Shown here: positions 27,982-33,021 of the stretch, piece by piece | Numbering within the stretch: position 1 is the stretch's first letter | Layout of the letters: the number at the start of each line of letters is the position of its first letter | Assembly (NCBI GenBank): GCA_900546605.1 | Contig: URDV01000001.1 | Coordinates: 1 to 33,021, forward strand | Length of the DNA stretch: 33,021 nt | Source of the DNA: an uncultured Prevotella sp. | GTDB taxonomy: Bacteria > Bacteroidota > Bacteroidia > Bacteroidales > Bacteroidaceae | Direction of reading: 5' to 3' | Program-made: the position numbers and the translations under genes | Notes under the pieces: generated by a model | Database searches by the model: none | What the model was told of the DNA's origin: nothing | Seen by the model: the letters and a program-made list of their open reading frames with translations, nothing else

Positions 27982-28707
27982 ATGAAAAAGCATATTCCTA
28001 ACACACTCACTTGCTGCAACCTCATTTCGGGATGCATCGCCACCTATTGGGCTTTTAACGCTAACTACGAATTGGCTTTACTCTTTGTAGTTATAGGTGC
28101 CGTGTTCGACTTTTTCGATGGCTTTGCCGCTCGTTTGCTACACGTCTCGTCTAACATCGGCAAAGAGTTGGACTCTTTGGCCGACGACATTACCTTTGGT
28201 TTTGCCCCTTCGGCGGTAATTTTTTCTATGCTTCGCTCGCTGAGCACGCCACAAGTGCCCTTGTTCAATTCGCCACTTGTAGCTGAAGTGTTGCCCTACG
28301 TGGCTTTTGTCATGGCAGCCTTTTCTGCTCTACGTTTGGCCAAATTTAATCTTGACGAACGACAAACAACGAGTTTTATTGGCATGCCCACACCAGCCAA
28401 TGCACTATTTTGGACATCACTCTCAGTAGCCATTCAGTTCAACACAGAGCATATTCCTGCTAATGCCTATGCCATTATGCTTATTGCAGGCACATTCATT
28501 GCCAGTTGGCTATTAGTAGCTGAAATTCCCATGTTTGCCCTTAAATTCAAGTCGTACGGACTAAAAGGTAACGAGTTGCGCTATGGGTTCATACTTGTCA
28601 GCATTCTGCTACTCATATTGTTAGGCATTACGGCTTTTTCAGCCATTATCATACTTTACGTGCTAACATCTGTTGCACTCGATTTTTTCACCAACCAACT
28701 TAAGTAG
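27982..28707 (+). CDS. pssA: CDP-diacylglycerol--serine O-phosphatidyltransferase
   Basis: 241 aa; DFFDGFAAR..G.ELDSLAD motif, RLAKFN, F.GMPTP; next to psd. Confidence 0.95.
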   Translation: MKKHIPNTLTCCNLISGCIATYWAFNANYELALLFVVIGAVFDFFDGFAARLLHVSSNIGKELDSLADDITFGFAPSAVIFSMLRSLSTPQVPLFNSPLVAEVLPYVAFVMAAFSALRLAKFNLDERQTTSFIGMPTPANALFWTSLSVAIQFNTEHIPANAYAIMLIAGTFIASWLLVAEIPMFALKFKSYGLKGNELRYGFILVSILLLILLGITAFSAIIILYVLTSVALDFFTNQLK

Positions 28708-28899
28708 GAAAGCCTAATTAAAGGGTAAACAATGGAGTTTAACCCTATGTTTACATCAAACTTCTGCTCAAAGCCACACTTTGGCATACAAGTTGCAAAT
28801 ATATAAGCTATAGAGAGTGCTGTCCCATCCTAACATGCTGATGGCTCACTCCACCAGTTTATTAATTACTAACTACCCGACGCAACACCTCACGCAATT

Positions 28900-29211
28900 A
28901 TGAACTTTTTAGGCTGTCTTTTCATTCTTATCTTTGGCTTTGTGTTTATCATCATAGGCTTTGCCAACACCATTCTTCGCATGTTTGGCATCAACCTATT
29001 CAGCCTCTATCAGATGGGCAATAAACATGGTCAGCAAAAAAAGCAACAAGCCAACTATAGTCAACCATTTGAACAAAATAGCACATCAACGGCTGGCACG
29101 CACTCAGGCAATGCCCACCACGAAGGAGGTAGCCCTAACTCTCGCCAACGCCGCAGTAACAAGATATTTGAAAAAAACGAAGGTGAGTACGTTGACTTTG
29201 AAGAAGTTTAG
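28900..29211 (+). CDS. Small membrane protein, DUF4834-like
   Basis: 103 aa; N-terminal TM, low-complexity linker, C-terminal IF.K.EGEYVDFEEV. Confidence 0.8.
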   Translation: MNFLGCLFILIFGFVFIIIGFANTILRMFGINLFSLYQMGNKHGQQKKQQANYSQPFEQNSTSTAGTHSGNAHHEGGSPNSRQRRSNKIFEKNEGEYVDFEEV

Positions 29212-29241
29212 CCACTCGTATCGTAAACGTAGTATTCAAAC

Positions 29242-29311
29242 TACATTGTAAGAAACAAATGAGTCCAAGTCATCATGTAATGATTTGGACTCATTTGTTT
29301 TTTACAATGTA
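29242..29311 (+). terminator. Very long hairpin (~32 bp) after the DUF4834-like gene
   Basis: tacattgtaagaaacaaatgagtccaagtcat / atgatttggactcatttgttttttacaatgta; both imperfections are G.U pairs on the plus strand. Confidence 0.7.
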
Positions 29312-29433
29312 CAATGGCGTATTCACTTGAAAAAGTAATCCGTCCAAGAACAACTTTTATTTTGTAAATAAATAACCTCATTTCTGTTATCATATCTTGT
29401 GTGTTCTATCTAGCATAAGTTACAGAAAAAAGT

Positions 29434-29537
29434 AGTATAGTACTCAAGTGCCAATGAGTACTATACTCAAGTGCGGTTGAGTACTATGCTCAAGTGCCAA
29501 TGAGTACTATACTCGAGTGCGGTTGAGTACTATGCTC
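29434..29537. repeat. 23-bp palindromic tandem repeat, four alternating units
   Basis: tactcaagtgccaatgagtacta / tactcaagtgcggttgagtacta / tgctcaagtgccaatgagtacta / tactcgagtgcggttgagtacta. Confidence 0.92.
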
Positions 29538-29685
29538 TCTTTTCATAGGTACTAAACTGCGATTAGCATCTATTATCTCCGCTACAACAATTGAATGTTA
29601 CTTTGCTTGCACGACACAAACAGCATTTACCCCATTCTACCCTTAAGTAGGGTTTACTGAATAACATCAAAGTTATTGATAATCA

Positions 29686-29925
29686 ATAAATATTTACTAA
29701 CATCATACCACGTCCACCACTTGTAAGATTAGGGTTCAACAAACCAGGATTAGGAAAAGTCCTCAACTCTTCAACATCTGCAAGAGTTTCATCTTTATCA
29801 AGTTTTTTGCATTACTTATGTCAATCGTTAATGGATGAGGAAACCCATTATCCTTACAAACACGCATCAATTGGTTCTTATCATATCCTTTCTCGAATAT
29901 ATCACGAGAAGTTTCAGGACACTCT
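29686..29925 (-). pseudogene. Frameshifted internal fragment of an ATP-grasp (carboxylate-amine ligase-like) gene
   Basis: Frame 1 FEKGYDKNQLMRVCKDNGFPHPLT; after a shift near the A6 run (29803-29808) frame 2 reads ELRTFPNPGLLNPNLTSGGRGMMLVN then stop. Confidence 0.7.
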
Positions 29926-30555
29926 AAATAAATCCTCACTATTAACGATGCCATGCATAACAGCAAAAATGGTAAGAGCCGACACGCTACGAGTGCCTAA
30001 TTTGTCTGTAAGGTTATTACGATGCGTAATGACTGTGGCCAAACTAACTCCCATTTTCTCTGCAATTTCTTTGTTAATTAAGCCTTCAACAATTCCTTTT
30101 AACACCTCACGTTCGCGCGGAGTAAGGTGTGGCACACTGGCAGGGGCATGTGCTACATTCATGTGCCGTGGATGCTGCGCCTGTTTTACCACATCGGGTT
30201 CTGCACCATGCGCCTTATGAGCATTCTGAGCCAATGTTATGATTGAACGAATCAGTTCTGACTCTGACTGAAACACATTTAAGGTGTGAAAACCTTGCGG
30301 CAAATGCAGAGCCTCATCACCATGCACCAAAACTATCGTCTTATGCTGACGTTGCAAAAAGTAGCTAGCTCCTAACATCAATTCAGTCCCTGACACAAAG
30401 TAATGAAAGTAATTATCTGATTCGGGCGACTTTATCAAATCGGCATAACGTGAATAGGTACATATATCAGCCCCTGGCATCATACGACGTATAATATCAG
30501 ATAAGCCAATGCAAGCCAATGTGTTGGAAGCTATGATAGCTATAACAGGACGCAT
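29914..30555 (-). CDS. LuxR-family helix-turn-helix transcriptional regulator
   Basis: 213 aa; C-terminal LTPREREVL..IVEGLINKEIAEKMGVS..TV.THR.N...KLG. Confidence 0.92.
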   Translation of the reverse strand: MRPVIAIIASNTLACIGLSDIIRRMMPGADICTYSRYADLIKSPESDNYFHYFVSGTELMLGASYFLQRQHKTIVLVHGDEALHLPQGFHTLNVFQSESELIRSIITLAQNAHKAHGAEPDVVKQAQHPRHMNVAHAPASVPHLTPREREVLKGIVEGLINKEIAEKMGVSLATVITHRNNLTDKLGTRSVSALTIFAVMHGIVNSEDLFRVS

Positions 30556-30580
30556 AGGTGAAAATTATTAAGAAAATTAT

Positions 30581-30765
30581 AATTAGGGTGGTTCTAAAAA
30601 TACTGATTTTAATATTCTAAAATTCTGATAGTTGCTTTGCACCCTCTCACATGTATCTTTTCTCTTTTCACTCTGTCGCATAGCTCGCTATGCTCCTTCG
30701 TTCACTAACAAAATACACACACGATAGAGCACAAATCAACTAATCAGCATTATTAGCCCCCAATT
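30581..30765. mobile_element. MITE-like palindromic element, copy 1 (ERIC-like core)
   Basis: Direct repeat of 32750-32911; partly duplicated left end; right end abuts the pflA stop. Confidence 0.75.
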
Positions 30766-31501
30766 AATGAACCTGTAACTTTTGCCCAAAATAGGAACGT
30801 AATATTTCTTCAGCACGCTTTTTCTGTTCGGGGGTATTCTGAGACACATCTTTTAGTTTATAATCCCACCCCAAAGCTTCGTATTTATGAACTCCTAAAG
30901 TGTGGTAAGGCAATAGCTGCACCTTTTCAAGCCACACATAATCTTTGAAATGCTGTCCCAAAGCATGCAAGTCCTCTTCAAAGTCACTCACACCCGGAAC
31001 TAACACATAACGCAGCCAAAATAAGTGATTATTCTGCTCAAACCAACGAGCAGTTTCAAGCGTTTGTGTGTTATCGCGTCCTGTAATGTGGCGATGACGC
31101 TTTGGGTTCATTTCCTTTACATCAAGCATCACAAGGTCTGTCAAGTTCCAAAGTTCCTCCACATGCTTGTTCCATATAGCACCATTTGAGTCAACACATA
31201 TATGTATATGCTCTTCACGCAAACGTTTGAAAAGCGGTATGAGAGCCTCGGCCTGTACTGTGGGTTCACCACCCGAAAAAGTAATACCACCACGAGGACC
31301 GTAAAATGGAGTTAACGACACGGCTTGCTTTACAATGTAATCATAATCAGTTAATTTGCTCTCGCCAACAGCGTCAATCGTATCGGGATTAGCACAATAC
31401 AGACACTTAAAAGGACAACCTTGTAAAAAAACGACATACCGAATGCCTGGGCCATCAAATGTGCCAAATGACTCATAACTATGTACACGTATTTGATTCA
31501 T
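30764..31501 (-). CDS. pflA: Pyruvate formate-lyase activating enzyme (radical SAM)
   Basis: 245 aa; HSYESFGTFDGPGIRYVVFLQGCPFKCLYC.NPDT, GITFSGGEP, LLPYH.LG..K. Confidence 0.92.
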   Translation of the reverse strand: MNQIRVHSYESFGTFDGPGIRYVVFLQGCPFKCLYCANPDTIDAVGESKLTDYDYIVKQAVSLTPFYGPRGGITFSGGEPTVQAEALIPLFKRLREEHIHICVDSNGAIWNKHVEELWNLTDLVMLDVKEMNPKRHRHITGRDNTQTLETARWFEQNNHLFWLRYVLVPGVSDFEEDLHALGQHFKDYVWLEKVQLLPYHTLGVHKYEALGWDYKLKDVSQNTPEQKKRAEEILRSYFGQKLQVH

Positions 31502-31543
31502 AACTTCATAGGTTTAGGTGAATTCATCATGCTTTTGTTTGTG

Positions 31544-31581
31544 CAAAGGTACACGATTTTATAAAGAAAAGCGTATCTTTG
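31544..31581. promoter_or_regulatory. Back-to-back -7 boxes for pflA (minus) and trpS (plus)
   Basis: TACCTTTG minus 31544-31551; TATCTTTG plus 31574-31581. Confidence 0.7.
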
Positions 31582-31602
31582 CCGCAAATTAAAAAATAAA
31601 GT

Positions 31603-32703
31603 ATGGCAAAAGATACGGTTATTCTTACTGGCGACCGTCCCACAGGCCGCCTCCACATAGGCCATTATGTTGGCTCACTAAAGCGTCGCGTAGAATTACA
31701 AAACGAGGGCGACTTCAAAAAAATGTTTGTGTTTATAGCTGATGCACAAGCTTTAACTGACAACATAGACAACCCTGAAAAGGTGCGTCAAAACGTTATT
31801 GAAGTAGCTCTTGACTACTTGGCTTGCGGTCTTGACCCCGAAAAGATCACCATCTTCATTCAAAGCCAAATACCTGAGTTATGTGAGCTTTCATTCTACT
31901 TTATGGACCTCGTTACTGTAAGCAGACTGCAACGTAACCCTACGGTAAAGACTGAAATTGGTATGCGTGGCTTTGAGTCAAGCATACCTGTGGGCTTTTT
32001 TACCTACCCCATCAGTCAAGCTGCTGACATTACAGCCTTTAAAGCTACAACAGTGCCCGCGGGTGAAGACCAAAAACCTATGATTGAGCAAGCTACTGAA
32101 ATTGTGCGTCGCTTTAATCATATATATGGTGAAACTTTGGTTGAGCCTAACATTTTGTTACCCAACAATGCGGTGTGCTGCCGCTTACCGGGCACTGATG
32201 GCAAAGCCAAAATGTCGAAGAGTTTGGGCAACTGCATCTACTTGGCCGAGAGTGCTAAAGAGGTGGAGAAAAAAGTTAAATCAATGTACACAGACCCCAC
32301 TCACTTACGTGTAGAGGATCCTGGACACATTGAGGGTAACACCGTATTTACTTATCTCGATGCCTTCTGCAAACCTGAACACTTTGGACTTTATTGGCCT
32401 GAATACCAAAATCTTGACGAGGTAAAGGAACACTACCAACGTGGTGGCTTAGGCGACATGAAAGTGAAAAAGTTCCTCAACAAGATACTACAGCAAGAGT
32501 TAGAACCTATACGTCAACGTCGTGCTGAATTTGAAAAAGACATTCCTGCCGTGTACGAAATGCTACGCAAAGGATGTGAAGAGGCTCGTGCCGTTGCTGC
32601 CGAAACACTCAGCGAAGTACGCCGTGCCATGAAGATTAACTACTTTGACGATGCTGAGCTGATTGCTGAACAAGCCAAACGTTTTAACGAAGGCAAAGCA
32701 TAA
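31603..32703 (+). CDS. trpS: Tryptophan--tRNA ligase
   Basis: 366 aa; [32 protein letters not shown]. Confidence 0.98.
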   Translation: MAKDTVILTGDRPTGRLHIGHYVGSLKRRVELQNEGDFKKMFVFIADAQALTDNIDNPEKVRQNVIEVALDYLACGLDPEKITIFIQSQIPELCELSFYFMDLVTVSRLQRNPTVKTEIGMRGFESSIPVGFFTYPISQAADITAFKATTVPAGEDQKPMIEQATEIVRRFNHIYGETLVEPNILLPNNAVCCRLPGTDGKAKMSKSLGNCIYLAESAKEVEKKVKSMYTDPTHLRVEDPGHIEGNTVFTYLDAFCKPEHFGLYWPEYQNLDEVKEHYQRGGLGDMKVKKFLNKILQQELEPIRQRRAEFEKDIPAVYEMLRKGCEEARAVAAETLSEVRRAMKINYFDDAELIAEQAKRFNEGKA

Positions 32704-32749
32704 GACCTAAGACTAAATGCAAAGGGCTTAAATACGAACCATTTACATT

Positions 32750-32911
32750 AAGGGTAGTTCTAAAAATTCTGATAATTGCTTTGCACCCTCTCACATGTGT
32801 ATTTTTGTCAGTTCACTCAGTCACATAGCCCGCTATGTTCCTTCGTTCACTAACAAAAATACACACAACAAAGTACAAATCAACTTATCAGAATTATTAG
32901 AGCTACGCGTT
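32750..32911. mobile_element. MITE-like palindromic element, copy 2 (ERIC-like core)
   Basis: Nested inverted repeats gtagttctaaaaattctgataa / ttatcagaattattagagctac, tgtgtatttttgt / acaaaaatacaca, acatagc / gctatgt. Confidence 0.8.
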
Positions 32912-32920
32912 GGCGGAATT

Positions 32921-32952
32921 AGTAAACAAGTTGAAAAGTTAACGGGGTAACA
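32921..32952. repeat. Degenerate 8-bp-period repeat
   Basis: agtaaaca agttgaaa agttaacg gggtaaca; resembles the 7721 and 27891 units. Confidence 0.5.
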
Positions 32953-33021
32953 AATAAATTTGCCAGCTTATTAAGCTTTTCACCATTCAGAATTTAACAC
33001 AATAGGTAATGTAAAGCATAC

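Noticed and set aside
29434..29537. CRISPR array
   Set aside because: Units are contiguous with only two alternating short variants, no unique spacers, and no cas genes in the window.
29807..30220. 137-aa plus-strand ORF and the other short overlapping ORFs (e.g. 1537-1983, 8567-9061, 21742-22134)
   Set aside because: Antisense or off-frame shadows of well-supported genes, with no recognisable motifs.

Overview
33 kb of core chromosome from a Bacteroidota (Prevotellaceae-like) genome, judged from gene content and TAnnTTTG (-7) promoters. Coding content is mostly housekeeping: CNNM/CBS protein, metallophosphoesterase, a small beta-barrel, four glycosyltransferases, efp, a thiamine salvage cluster (thiN, TPP riboswitch, TonB receptor, PnuC/PnuT), radC-sufT-lpxH, TraB/GumN, an ABC-2 exporter, a TolC-HlyD-two-permease efflux operon with no ATPase, murF, folP-cdaA, psd-pssA, a LuxR regulator, a pflA with no pflB in the window, and trpS. 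I see no transposase, integrase, phage gene, tRNA/rRNA or CRISPR-Cas. The unexplained signal is intergenic: (1) long palindromic MITE-like elements whose core resembles the enterobacterial ERIC core (two close copies flanking pflA-trpS, one diverged relative and an internally deleted derivative of that relative); (2) 8-, 11- and 23-bp tandem repeats, some palindromic and alternating; (3) a structured ~175-nt murF leader; (4) a frameshifted ATP-grasp gene fragment fused to the luxR 3' end. All calls are by eye, without database searches.
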